Below are positions 10,022 to 19,676 of a stretch of DNA of 64,000 nt, in pieces. Under the pieces are notes generated by a model that was not told the origin of the DNA, did not search any database, and saw nothing but the letters and a program-made list of their open reading frames with translations. Source of the stretch: Pirellulales bacterium (GTDB taxonomy: Bacteria > Planctomycetota > Planctomycetia > Pirellulales > JAICIG01); contig DATKSN010000114.1 in NCBI GenBank assembly GCA_035531595.1, forward strand, positions 11,186 through 75,185, read 5' to 3'. The translations under genes were made by a program, and so were the position numbers. Each line of letters starts with the position of its first letter. Within the stretch, counting starts at the first letter, position 1.

Positions 10022-12232
10022 GTGAGAAGTGGATTGCCATACAACGAACATCTCTTGCTCGACGTCGAGGGGATGCACTGCGCCAGTTGCACGGCCCGCG
10101 TCGAGGGCGCGTTGGCGAAACTGCCGGGCGTGAGCGCGGCGCGAGCGAACCTGGCGATGAACCAGGCCTCGATCGACTTCGACGCGAGCCGCGTGTCGAC
10201 CGAGCAACTTGTGGCCGCACTGCGTGCCGGCGGTTATGAGGCGCGAATCTCGGCGGCCGGCGAAGCAAGGGTCGCAGCGCCTGTTCACGCAGCCTGGCGG
10301 CGCCGAACGCTGGTCGGCGTGGCACTGGCCGTCCCGTTGGCGACGGCGACCTACCTTGAAGTCGGGCCGGCCTTGGCTCGCGACGGGGCGCAATTCGTCT
10401 TGGCGACGGGCCTGCAAGCCTACCTCGGCTGGCCCTATTTCGTCGGCGCATGGCGGCGTCTCAAGCACGGCTCGACCAGCATGGATACGCTCGTGGCGCT
10501 GGGCACCGGGGCCGCCTATGCGGCCGGCGTCGAACAGGCGCTGACCGGCGCCGCGCATGGACACGGCATGTACTTTCTCGACGCCGGCATGATCCTGTGC
10601 TTCATCACGCTCGGCAAATGGCTCGAGTCGCTGGCCAAGGGTCGCGCATCGGCGGCCATTCACAAACTGCTGGACCTTACGCCTCCCGAAGCCACGGTGC
10701 TCGAAGGGCGCCTGAAGGGCCGTGTGCCGCTCGACGCCGTGGGAGTCGGCGAGTTGATTCTGGTACGCCCCGGCGAGCGCGTACCGCTCGACGCCGTGGT
10801 GGTCACGGGCGCCAGTGGCGTCGATGAATCGTGGTTGACCGGCGAATCACTGCCCATTGAAAAGCGGCCGGGCGATGAGGTGTTGGCCGGTACGCTCAAC
10901 GGGCACGGAGCGCTGACGGCCCGAGTCGCGCGGCCCGCCGGTAAGACGGCGCTCGACCAGACGATTGAGTTGGTGCGGCGAGCGCAGGAATCGAAGGCCC
11001 AGGTCGAGCGGCTGGCCGATCGTGTGGTGGCGTGGTTCGTGCCCGGCGTGCTGTTGCTGGCCGCCGTCACGCTTTCGGCCTGGGGGCTGGCCGGCCAATG
11101 GTCCGACGGGCTGTCGGCGGCCGTGGCCGTGCTGGTCGTGGCATGCCCCTGTGCCCTGGGGCTGGCGACCCCCACCGCCGTGCTGGTCGCCGGCGGGCGC
11201 GGCGCCGAGCGGGGCATTCTGATCAAAGAAGCCCAGGCGTTGGAAATCGCCGGCCGCCTGACCACGATCGTACTCGATAAGACCGGCACGGTCACGCTCG
11301 GCGCGCCGCAAGTCACGGAGCTTTTGCCCGCCACGGGCGTCGCGCCCGAAGAGTTGCTGGCCTTGGCGGCGGCGGCCGAACGACAGAGCCAGCACCCCTT
11401 GGCCGAGTGCATCGTGGCCGCCGCCACGAGACGCGGATTGGAGCTTGCCGCGGTCGAGGGCCTGCAGGTCGTGGCGGGCCAAGGGATTCGCGCCCAACGG
11501 GGCGATCGAACGATCCTGGTCGGCAACGAGCGTCTGTTGGACGCTGCCGGGTGCGAGCATAGCGCCCATCAAGCGGAGTTCGATCGGCTGCGCGCGGCGG
11601 GCGCGACGCCGCTTTTGGTGGCCGACGCCGGACGTTATCTGGGCGTGATGGGCGTGGCCGACCCGATCGCGCCCTTCAGCCGCGAAGCGGTCGAGCGATT
11701 GCAGGCTTTGGGTCTGGAAGTGCGGCTCTTGTCGGGCGACCACCGTGTGATCGCGGCGGCGGTGGCGGCGCAACTCGGCATCGCCGCGGCCGCGGTCACA
11801 TCGGAAGTGCGGCCCGCCGATAAAGAGGCCGAGGTCCGCCGTTTGCGGGCCGCCGGTCGGGTGGTGGCGATGGTCGGCGACGGTATCAACGACGCCCCGG
11901 CATTGTCGGCCGCCGATTTGGGGATCGCCATCGGCTCGGGTTCGGACGTGGCGATCGAGGCCGCCGACATCGTTCTCGTCGGCCGCGACCTGCGCGACGT
12001 GGCGCGGGTGGTCGTCCTTTCGCGCGCGACGTTGCGCACAATCCGGCAAAACCTGGCTTGGGCTTTCGCTTACAACGCGCTGCTTTTGCCCTCGGCCGCC
12101 GGACTGTTGGAGCCACTCATCGGCTGGCGGTTGCCGCCTCTGGCGGCGGCCGCGGCCATGGCCGCCAGCAGCGTTTCGGTCGTCGCCAACAGCCTCTTGC
12201 TGCGCCGAAAGCGGCTCGACCCAAGACCGTAG
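10022..12232 (+). CDS. copA: Heavy-metal (Cu+/Ag+-type) translocating P1B-type ATPase
   Basis: N-terminal HMA motif GMHCASC, transmembrane CPC motif (VACPCALGLATP), phosphorylation site DKTGTVT, and hinge GDGINDAPAL. Confidence 0.9.
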   Translation: MRSGLPYNEHLLLDVEGMHCASCTARVEGALAKLPGVSAARANLAMNQASIDFDASRVSTEQLVAALRAGGYEARISAAGEARVAAPVHAAWRRRTLVGVALAVPLATATYLEVGPALARDGAQFVLATGLQAYLGWPYFVGAWRRLKHGSTSMDTLVALGTGAAYAAGVEQALTGAAHGHGMYFLDAGMILCFITLGKWLESLAKGRASAAIHKLLDLTPPEATVLEGRLKGRVPLDAVGVGELILVRPGERVPLDAVVVTGASGVDESWLTGESLPIEKRPGDEVLAGTLNGHGALTARVARPAGKTALDQTIELVRRAQESKAQVERLADRVVAWFVPGVLLLAAVTLSAWGLAGQWSDGLSAAVAVLVVACPCALGLATPTAVLVAGGRGAERGILIKEAQALEIAGRLTTIVLDKTGTVTLGAPQVTELLPATGVAPEELLALAAAAERQSQHPLAECIVAAATRRGLELAAVEGLQVVAGQGIRAQRGDRTILVGNERLLDAAGCEHSAHQAEFDRLRAAGATPLLVADAGRYLGVMGVADPIAPFSREAVERLQALGLEVRLLSGDHRVIAAAVAAQLGIAAAAVTSEVRPADKEAEVRRLRAAGRVVAMVGDGINDAPALSAADLGIAIGSGSDVAIEAADIVLVGRDLRDVARVVVLSRATLRTIRQNLAWAFAYNALLLPSAAGLLEPLIGWRLPPLAAAAAMAASSVSVVANSLLLRRKRLDPRP

Positions 12233-12453
12233 CGCGAATAATCCGGGCTGGCCGACGGAATCTCTTTCCGGGCCAACTGCCCCTCGCTTTGTCAAGAGCG
12301 AAAAACGGCGACCGGCCCGCGCCGACTCGCCGGCGCGAAAAGTCCGTTTGTGGCAACGAAGGACCAAGCTTATAATGCACGCAGTCAGGCGGGGGATTTT
12401 GTTTCGCCTGTTGTGATCGTTCAAACGCGAAGCGTGTCTTCGAGAAGGCCCGC

Positions 12454-13017
12454 TTGAAAGATAAGGGAACCAGCGCCGTGTTATCCGTTCGCCCGAAGGT
12501 CGCCGAATTGGTTTTCCAACTTTATGGCCGGTCGCTGCACCCCGAGTTGTTCGAAGTGCATAGCTCGCGCGCCGTGCAACGCGGCGAATACGAGGCCACC
12601 ATCGACATTACCAGCGCCGGCCACGTCATCACCTGGCGCTACCACGGGCTGACGCTGACCGAAGTCGCCGCCTCGGCCCAGCACCCGCTGCCGCAAAAAC
12701 GGCGGCTGCTGTCGTATCGCCTCAAGGGCGAGCGGAGCGATCGCATGGAGTGCCGGGGCGGCGCGTCGTACCAGGTGAATTTCCAGCTCGAACCGGTCGA
12801 ACCCGAGGTGTTTTGGACTTGCCAGCAGGAGCTGAAGCACCTGGGCGAACAGCAGGGAATGCTGCACCACTTCCATTCGAGCGGCCGGATGGCGCTGGGC
12901 GCCTTGAGCTACATCAACGTCGAAACGCGCAATCGCAGCCTGCTGGTGCAGGCTTTCCACACTTTTCCCGACGACTACGCCATCGTCAAGAGCCAGTCGT
13001 TGTTCGAGATTCCCTGA
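12454..13017 (+). CDS. DUF2617-like protein
   Basis: 187-aa ORF. The LVFQLYGRSLHPELFEV pattern recalls DUF2617. The family assignment is from memory and is not verified. Confidence 0.5.
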   Translation: MKDKGTSAVLSVRPKVAELVFQLYGRSLHPELFEVHSSRAVQRGEYEATIDITSAGHVITWRYHGLTLTEVAASAQHPLPQKRRLLSYRLKGERSDRMECRGGASYQVNFQLEPVEPEVFWTCQQELKHLGEQQGMLHHFHSSGRMALGALSYINVETRNRSLLVQAFHTFPDDYAIVKSQSLFEIP

Positions 13018-13057
13018 ACTTTTTCGTTTTATCACGCCCTCGCCCACGAGCCACCTT

Positions 13058-13327
13058 ATGAACAAAGAAGAAATCCTCGCCAAGCTGGCCGCCGGCGAGC
13101 TCAAGGTCGACGAAGCCTCGAAGCTATTGGCCGAGACCGAAACGAAGGACCGCCGCAACCTCTACTGCAAGGTCAGCGAAAAGGGCGGGCTCAGCGTGTA
13201 CGGCCTGCAGCGCATGCCCGTCACGCTTTACGCCGGGCAGTGGGAACGTCTGTTGGATTTTTCCGATACGATCCGCGCGTTCATCAAGGAAAACGAAGGG
13301 AAGCTCAACCGCAAGGAGCGGGCGTAG
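13058..13327 (+). CDS. Small hypothetical protein (SHOCT-like N-terminal helix)
   Basis: 89-aa ORF with ordinary, protein-like composition. EEILAKLAAGELKVDEASKLL resembles SHOCT-like helices. Confidence 0.5.
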   Translation: MNKEEILAKLAAGELKVDEASKLLAETETKDRRNLYCKVSEKGGLSVYGLQRMPVTLYAGQWERLLDFSDTIRAFIKENEGKLNRKERA

Positions 13328-13353
13328 CTTTCCAGCCTGACGGGAACTGTGCG

Positions 13354-14037
13354 ATGAGCCTGGATGACCGGAACCAACGCCGCGCGGAGGCGGCGGCCGA
13401 ATTCGATCGGCGCCGCAACCGCCAAGACGGAACGCATGTGGCCAATTCGTTGGCCGACGGGCTGAGCACGTTGCGCGACGCGCTCTTTACGCGAGTCCAT
13501 TCCGACGTGGAGAAGAACGTCGGCATGGATTCGATGCTCAGTCCCGCCGCCGCCGACCGCGGCGCGGCCCATGGCCGCACCGAGATCGAGTTGTACCAGA
13601 TCGCGGAATCGGCGGCGACCGTCGAGCACGACGGCTACGTGGCCGACGACATGGTCTGGTATCGCGAATGGTTGTCGAAGCTGCGGCTGGGCGAGCGTTG
13701 GAACTCGCCGGTCGTGGCGGGCCGGCTGGAGCATTATCTCTCGAAGACCGCGGATGAACGCCGGCGCACGTTCGCCCAGTTGCTCGAACGCAGCCTGCCC
13801 GAAGCACGGCACGCGCCCTTGATCGTCTACCGTCTCTTTCCACCGGCCGTGGCGGTCGCCACCGCGGTGGCCTTCGGCGACCACGCCAAGGCCGACGTGG
13901 CTCGCAACCGCCAGGTTTTCATCTTGCCCGGCATCAGCGATTGCCCCAAGTGCCACGGCCGCGTGCTCGCCAACGAGGAAAAATGCCCGCAGTGCGGAAA
14001 TCCCTTTTGGATCTACGAATGGCTCACCGCCGATTAG
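13354..14037 (+). CDS. Hypothetical protein with a C-terminal zinc-ribbon
   Basis: CPKCHGRVLANEEKCPQCGNPF at the C-terminus. I chose the start at the MSLDDRNQ ATG (13354) to avoid overlap with the upstream gene. Confidence 0.55.
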   Translation: MSLDDRNQRRAEAAAEFDRRRNRQDGTHVANSLADGLSTLRDALFTRVHSDVEKNVGMDSMLSPAAADRGAAHGRTEIELYQIAESAATVEHDGYVADDMVWYREWLSKLRLGERWNSPVVAGRLEHYLSKTADERRRTFAQLLERSLPEARHAPLIVYRLFPPAVAVATAVAFGDHAKADVARNRQVFILPGISDCPKCHGRVLANEEKCPQCGNPFWIYEWLTAD

Positions 14038-14061
14038 CCCCGATTGTTCCAACGACCCGCT

Positions 14062-15738
14062 TCACGACAAATGACTGAAATCCGGCGGCCCCTGGTCTTC
14101 CAGCGCGAGGTCGTTGAGTGATCGCTCCCCCTCCGGCGCGAACTTGCGCGCGATGACCCGGCGGCGAAACGTTTCGTCGCCGCGGTTGAGCCGCCAGACG
14201 ACGATCCAAATGCCGCCGGTCAGGAACACGAAAACGCCCAGAAATACGCCGCTCGAAAAAGCCGGATCGACCCGCTCGGCCACGATCCAGAGCGGCTCGC
14301 GGCCGATGAACAAGGGCGCCAACTGCCTCGCCTCCGGACCCTTGGCCGCCGACGACTCGGAGCGGTAGGTCCAGACCTTGAAGAAAAAAGCCGGCACCCG
14401 CACGGTTTCGTTGATCCGTTCGCCGAGGGGCATTCCCTTGGGGAGCCGGCGCACGCAAAAGACCATCGGAAAGCTTTGGAACTCTTCGTCGCGCCAGCGA
14501 AGTCGTCCTTCGAGTTCCACGCTCACTTCCAGTTCGTAGTAATGATCGATGCCGAAGCGCGATGCGATGTCGGCGTCTTCCACGCGGACCAACGTCGCCC
14601 GTCGCGCCATACCGTCGAAGGCCACCAACTCGCCGAAGTGCCGCTCGGGCTTTTGCAGCAACGGGATCGCCTTGTAAAACCGGTTGTCGGTCAGTTCCGG
14701 CAACTCGCGCGCCCCGGTCCGGCCGGCGGCGGCGAGAAGTTGATAAAAGCACTCGCGGTCGGAGTACGCTCGTTCGGCGCCGGCCGATTGCGACAAGGGT
14801 CCAACGGCGCGGACGTCGTCGAACAACCCCAGGTCCATGCCCACGTCGCCCAGCAACGTCGCCGGATGCCAGGCGACGCGCCCCGCCGCGAACACCGGCC
14901 GCACCAACTCGGGTGAATCTCCCGCGAGCTTGACGAAAAAACCTTGCACGGAAGCCCGTTCGTCGAGCGGCACATCCAGCCGCCAGGCCTTCGGCACCTT
15001 GAGCGCGTAGATCGTCGCCGGCACATCGGACTTGCCGATGGCGAACTCGCAGCGGTAGTATTCCGGCAAGTTGAATTGTTCGGCCTTCGGCTGGGGAGGA
15101 TTTTCGCGCGTCACCGATTTCACGCGGCCGGAAAACTCGAAAATCTCGCCGCGGTGGGGGGCGGGTTCAAGGGCCAGGCGGTCCCAGTCCGGATCATGCT
15201 GCTTCCAGCGATCGATGTCCAACAGCGCGAAGCGCCGAATCGTCATCAGCAATCGCCAAAGCGTTTCTCGCTCGTTACCCTCCAGCGGCGTGCCGTCCTT
15301 CAGGGCGCTCAGGCGGCTGGCGTCCAAACCCAAGAGCGTCAACATCTCCCTGGGGCCGGAGATCGGCCCCGCGCGGGCGCCGCCGGTCGTGGCTTGCGCA
15401 TGAGGGGCCGCCGTGCGGTTTCGGGACTGCCGCGAATCGTCCAGAGGCTTGGCGGCTGGCTGCCGCGGCTGGTCCTGTTGCCGGTGTTGGTCCTGTTGCC
15501 GGTGTTCGTCCTGTTGCCGGTGTTCGTCCTGTTGCCGGTGTTGGTCCTGTTGCCGGTGTTGGTCCTGTTGCCGGGGCTGGTTCTGTTGCCGGGCTTCGGG
15601 GCGGCAATCCAAGGGAGGGCCGTCCCCGGCGGCAGTCGCTGGTCCATGGACGGCCCATGCCGTCGCTTGCAAGCACACCGCCCAGAATCGGGCCAGGCGG
15701 CGCGTCGCCCTGAACATGCCGTCGCGCCTACTCCTCAT
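14062..15738 (-). CDS. Hypothetical secreted/membrane protein with a (QQDQHR)n repeat; paralog of 15735-16697
   Basis: Signal-like MFRATRRLARFWAVCLQATAWAV and a C-terminal TM segment. It shares a domain with the upstream gene (VPAFFFKVWTYRS vs FTGFFYKRIPYEA). The ATG at 15738 overlaps the upstream stop (ATGA). Confidence 0.6.
   Translation of the reverse strand: MRSRRDGMFRATRRLARFWAVCLQATAWAVHGPATAAGDGPPLDCRPEARQQNQPRQQDQHRQQDQHRQQDEHRQQDEHRQQDQHRQQDQPRQPAAKPLDDSRQSRNRTAAPHAQATTGGARAGPISGPREMLTLLGLDASRLSALKDGTPLEGNERETLWRLLMTIRRFALLDIDRWKQHDPDWDRLALEPAPHRGEIFEFSGRVKSVTRENPPQPKAEQFNLPEYYRCEFAIGKSDVPATIYALKVPKAWRLDVPLDERASVQGFFVKLAGDSPELVRPVFAAGRVAWHPATLLGDVGMDLGLFDDVRAVGPLSQSAGAERAYSDRECFYQLLAAAGRTGARELPELTDNRFYKAIPLLQKPERHFGELVAFDGMARRATLVRVEDADIASRFGIDHYYELEVSVELEGRLRWRDEEFQSFPMVFCVRRLPKGMPLGERINETVRVPAFFFKVWTYRSESSAAKGPEARQLAPLFIGREPLWIVAERVDPAFSSGVFLGVFVFLTGGIWIVVWRLNRGDETFRRRVIARKFAPEGERSLNDLALEDQGPPDFSHLS
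15469..15594. repeat. 18-bp in-frame tandem repeat, 7 units, inside CDS 14062-15738
   Basis: Units of (c/t)tggtcctgttgccggtg, with ttcgtc variants, tile 15469-15594 exactly. They encode QQDQHR/QQDEHR on the minus strand. Confidence 0.9.
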
Positions 15739-16697
15739 GGCTTTAGGCCAACACCGCGCCGCGTGCGCGCCAGTACGAACCACACGACCGCCAGGCTGAA
15801 CAACGCCGCGCCGATCAACGCTCCGATCAGTCCGGTCGGGTCGAACGGCTGCGCGGCTGGCCGTCCCTCGACGACCGCGGTCAGGCGCCGGGTCACATTG
15901 CGGGCGAGCAACAGCGGGGCCGTGCGGATGCCGTCGCCGGCCTCGTAGGGTATTCGTTTGTAGAAGAACCCGGTGAATTCAACCGGCACGCGGACCTGCT
16001 CGCCCAACGGGAAATCGTCGCCGAGCTCGAGGAAGTAGGCGAGCACCACTTCCGCTCGGTCGTCGGGCTTGATGCAGGTCTTGTAATACGTCGTAATGCC
16101 GTAGGCGTTGGGCGGAGGTCGCCGAACCACCGCCGATCGCACTTCGCCCCGGAACGTCACCAGTTCCCCACGGTAGACCTTGGGCTGCGTGAATAATTGC
16201 GTGAACGTGACCGGGCCGCGCGACGAGCGCTCGATCTCCTTTGGACCGTGCTCGGCGAGCACCTTGAGCAAGTGGTAGTAGGCGTTGGCCTCGCTGGCCC
16301 GGAACGGCGTATCGTCGTCGACCTGCGCCAGGAAATCCGCGCGCACGCCGGAAAAAAAAAGCTTTCCAGGAGGGAGTTCCCGCACCGGTTCGTCGCGAGC
16401 GATGAACTCGTCGGGAGCCAACTCCGCGCGCGGCACACGCTTGAGCTTCGTGTCGATCGGCGCGCCCTCGGCCCTCTTGCCCGGATGGTTTGCCGCGGCG
16501 CCCGGGGCGTCGCCGCCGCCGCCCGCACGAGGCGGGGCGAGTAACTGCAACATCCACGGCAACCAAATGGGGTCGCGGGCTTTGGTCATCAGGAATACCA
16601 CCAGTCCCGCGGTCAGAACCAGCATCAGCAGCTTGAACTGTTCGCGGCGGCCGAGGTAATTCGGCGTGGGGCGACCTTTGCGGCGAAAATCGAGCAT
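15735..16697 (-). CDS. Hypothetical membrane protein; tandem paralog of 14062-15738
   Basis: 320 aa with an N-terminal TM (LLMLVLTAGLVVFLM) and a C-terminal TM (LIGALIGAALFSLAVVWFVLA). Its middle domain is shared with the downstream gene. Confidence 0.6.
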   Translation of the reverse strand: MLDFRRKGRPTPNYLGRREQFKLLMLVLTAGLVVFLMTKARDPIWLPWMLQLLAPPRAGGGGDAPGAAANHPGKRAEGAPIDTKLKRVPRAELAPDEFIARDEPVRELPPGKLFFSGVRADFLAQVDDDTPFRASEANAYYHLLKVLAEHGPKEIERSSRGPVTFTQLFTQPKVYRGELVTFRGEVRSAVVRRPPPNAYGITTYYKTCIKPDDRAEVVLAYFLELGDDFPLGEQVRVPVEFTGFFYKRIPYEAGDGIRTAPLLLARNVTRRLTAVVEGRPAAQPFDPTGLIGALIGAALFSLAVVWFVLARTRRGVGLKP

Positions 16698-16852
16698 GGT
16701 GTCATTCTACCCTGAGGAGGCCAAGGCGACAAGTTTCTCCCGAGTATGCACGAGTATGCATTCGTTCCGACACGGCCAAACTATTCCCCTGGGGATCAAT
16801 CCGTTGGGTGGCACCGCCCAGCAACACCACTCCCCAGAATCGCCATTGTGGT

Positions 16853-16876
16853 GTAGGCGTCCCGCCTGCCGGGCGG
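16853..16876. repeat. Palindromic element GTAGGCGTCCCGCCTGCCGGGCGG
   Basis: The reverse-complement copy ccgcccggcaggcgggatgcgtac lies at 33561-33584. Confidence 0.5.
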
Positions 16877-17104
16877 TTCTGCTGCCAGGTGGGAACTCGC
16901 ATTGGGCGCCAATTCGGCGATACGTGTCGACGCTTGGCGTCGTGCTGTCGGCCCGAGGGGCGCCTTCGCGGGCTCCGAAAAAACTGGCAAAACCGTACCT
17001 TTACCCGACGAAAGCTTCGGCGCGAGTGGCACAGATGGGCCTTGCGGGCGAAGCCCGCCTGCGATAGGTTCGTTTCAAGCCATTCCCCGCAACGCAAGGA
17101 GGTC

Positions 17105-17719
17105 ATGGCCGTGGCACGTCGCAAGTCTTCCCAACCGAACGAGATGGAAGTTCATTCTAACACACCGGCGATCGACGTTCCGGCGTCGACGGTGTACCAA
17201 CTCAAGATCACCCTGGCGGGCGTCAAGCCTCCCGTCTGGCGCCGCGTCGAAGTGGCCGATTGCTCGCTGGCCGAATTGCACGAGGTGATCCAGAACGTGA
17301 TGGGTTGGGATTTTTCGCACCTGTACTGCTTCGAGGTCGGCAAGCAACAGTATGGCCCTGACACGCTCGACGACGTGGATGAGGATGATGGCGAGATTCG
17401 CCTTAGCGACCTGGTCGAGTCGCGCACCAGCAAGTTCCGCTACACCTACGACTTCGGCGACAATTGGGAGCACGAAATCAAGATCGAGAAGACGCTCGCG
17501 GCCGAGAGCAAGGCCAAGTACCCGCGTTGCACCGAGGGGGCGCGGGCTTGTCCGCCGGAGGATTGCGGCGGCACTTGGGGATACGAGAACTTCCTGGAGG
17601 CCGTCCACGATCCCAAGCACGAGGAACACCACGACATGCTCGAATGGTGCGGCGGCAAATTCGACCCCGAAGCGTTCGACGTCAAACGGGTCAACAGCGC
17701 GCTCAAGCCGCGAAAATGA
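17105..17719 (+). CDS. Plasmid pRiA4b ORF-3-like family protein
   Basis: VYQLKITLAGVKPPVWRRVEV...LAELHEVIQNVMGWDFSHLYCF...YTYDFGDNWEHEIKIEK is the PRiA4_ORF3 signature. AGGAGG lies 2 nt upstream of the ATG at 17105. Confidence 0.8.
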   Translation: MAVARRKSSQPNEMEVHSNTPAIDVPASTVYQLKITLAGVKPPVWRRVEVADCSLAELHEVIQNVMGWDFSHLYCFEVGKQQYGPDTLDDVDEDDGEIRLSDLVESRTSKFRYTYDFGDNWEHEIKIEKTLAAESKAKYPRCTEGARACPPEDCGGTWGYENFLEAVHDPKHEEHHDMLEWCGGKFDPEAFDVKRVNSALKPRK

Positions 17720-17729
17720 TACGATACTC

Positions 17730-17752
17730 GTTCCCACGCTTCGCGTGGGAAC
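17730..17752. repeat. Isolated REP-like hairpin GTTCCCACGC-TTC-GCGTGGGAAC (possible terminator)
   Basis: Perfect 10-bp stem with a 3-nt loop, 11 nt after the stop of 17105-17719. Its core CACGCTTCGCGTG differs by one base from the BREX-locus REP core CACGCTCCGCGTG. Confidence 0.5.
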
Positions 17753-17884
17753 GGCTTCGCGGACGGTTCCTCGCCGACGTCGCCTCTGGCCTCTGGCGGG
17801 TCGCGCCGGTCACTGCTGCTCATTTCCATGACGCTCAGCGATTGCTGGGTCCGTGTCCTCAAAGCGCGGCGGTATTGATGGGTC

Positions 17885-18634
17885 TCACTCATCCTCGAAT
17901 GTGATCCCGTTCTCGACAACCTCGCGCATATCGTCCGGACAGCTCGCCCAGGTGCTCTCGTAGGTCGCCTCCAGAGGGACAGGAACGTAGCTATCCGGGT
18001 CGAGATACACCGCCATGTCGGGTAGCCGGTCTCCGACGGCAACAGGTTCGACGTAAGCGACTTTGGGCACTCGTCCGACGTACGTGGCGAGCGTGAGCGG
18101 CTTGTCCGCCGTTAATTCAAAGGGCCGCTCTTCGATCTCATCCCAGATCGCCTTGTGGATTCCTTGCGGGTCGCGCAACGAAGGGGGAAAGAGGTCGACG
18201 ACCAGAACGTGAACCGAGTGGCGGAGGAAATCGACCGTCTTATCCACGAATGCCCGCAAGGCCGCACGGCTCGATTTGTTCCCGGGCGACACGATTTCGA
18301 TGATCGAGACGACGTTGCCGAGTGAATGGTGAACGGTCACCCGGTTGGCAACGGCGGCGTAGGTTTCCGACTCGGCCAAAATGACGTGGCGCGTTTTCGG
18401 CGGGATGGCAGTGACGACTCCGCCGCCGAATGGCTCCGGCGCGCGGCGCGATCGCGTCCGCCGCTCGAGCGTCACGACATCTGGAATCAGCCCGGCGGCG
18501 TGCTGTTCGACGAGGGCCGAAAAGCCTTTCGGCAACAATCCGCCATTCAACGCATTGCGGATGGCGATCGTCCACGCTTGATGAAAGTCGTGGAACAAAT
18601 TGGCGTCAACACGTTTCCAATCGTGGATCGGCAC
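17885..18634 (-). CDS. DUF4058 family protein (second paralog)
   Basis: MPIHDWKRVDANLFHDFHQAWT...VSIIEIVSPGNK...VHVLVVDLFPP is colinear with 2311-3072. Confidence 0.75.
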   Translation of the reverse strand: MPIHDWKRVDANLFHDFHQAWTIAIRNALNGGLLPKGFSALVEQHAAGLIPDVVTLERRTRSRRAPEPFGGGVVTAIPPKTRHVILAESETYAAVANRVTVHHSLGNVVSIIEIVSPGNKSSRAALRAFVDKTVDFLRHSVHVLVVDLFPPSLRDPQGIHKAIWDEIEERPFELTADKPLTLATYVGRVPKVAYVEPVAVGDRLPDMAVYLDPDSYVPVPLEATYESTWASCPDDMREVVENGITFEDE

Positions 18635-18811
18635 GGTGGGTTCTCCTGAGCGGGCGACATGCCGATCATTATAAAGTCATTCCTTCACGTCGGCGATGGG
18701 AAAACGGGACGCGGAGCGTGGCCATGAACCACGGACGCGCCGCGGCGCGCCGAGGCCAGTCTCTCCGGCTCCACGACCGGCCCCGCCAACACGGTCGGTT
18801 CCGCGGGCACG

Positions 18812-19594
18812 CTATCCCGCCATCAACACGCCGCCGCAGACGTTGTACGCCTGGCCGGTTACGACGCCCGCGACGTCGCCGGCCAAGTAGACCGCCAACG
18901 GAGCGATCTCCTCGGGCTCCAGCCGGCGGCCGAGCAGCGTCTGGGCCGCCTCTTGGTCCTGAAACGAAACCCCACGCCGCTGGGCGTCGTATTCGATGCG
19001 GCGGTCGCTCATCATCGTGTGAACCGGGCCAGGGCAGATCGCGTTGACCGTGATCCCCTCCGCCGCGACTTCCAGTGCCAGCGTCCGAGTGAGCCCGAGA
19101 ACCCCGTGCTTGCCGGCGGAGTACGCGGCCCCGTGGAGCGTGCCGATCTTGCCGGCGATTGACGCCACCGTGATGATCCGGCCGAACCGCCGGGCCAGCA
19201 TGTCGGGCAGCACGGCCTTGCACAGCAGGTACGGCGCCGTCAGGTTCACTGCCAGCGACAGATCCCAGAAGGCGTCGTCGAAATCGACGACCGGTCGAGG
19301 GTCGGCGCTGCTGCCGATGCCGGCGTTGTTGACGAGGATCTCGATCGGCCCCAAAGCCTGCTTGACCTGGGCGACAACCTGCGCCGGCACGTTGCGGTCG
19401 GCGAGGTCCGCGGAAATCGCAATGGCCGTGCCGCCGGCCGACTTGATTTCCTCGACGACCTCATCCAGCTCCTTGGCCGTTCGCGCCGTTACCACGACCT
19501 TGGCGCCCTCGCGAGCGAACGCCAGCGCGATGGCCCGGCCAATTCCCCGCCCGGCACCAGTGACCAACGCAACCCGATCTTGAAGCAAAGGCAT
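18812..19594 (-). CDS. SDR family oxidoreductase (FabG-like)
   Basis: TGAGRGIGRAIA cofactor motif, NNAG, and catalytic YSAGK. Start set at MPLLQDRVALVTG, with GGAGGA upstream. Confidence 0.9.
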   Translation of the reverse strand: MPLLQDRVALVTGAGRGIGRAIALAFAREGAKVVVTARTAKELDEVVEEIKSAGGTAIAISADLADRNVPAQVVAQVKQALGPIEILVNNAGIGSSADPRPVVDFDDAFWDLSLAVNLTAPYLLCKAVLPDMLARRFGRIITVASIAGKIGTLHGAAYSAGKHGVLGLTRTLALEVAAEGITVNAICPGPVHTMMSDRRIEYDAQRRGVSFQDQEAAQTLLGRRLEPEEIAPLAVYLAGDVAGVVTGQAYNVCGGVLMAG

Positions 19595-19676
19595 TTTCCA
19601 TCCTCCAGGCGGTTCGATTTTCAAAGGTTGGCGCGTCGCAATGACGATTCTCACTTGGCCTCGGCCAACGACCCAT

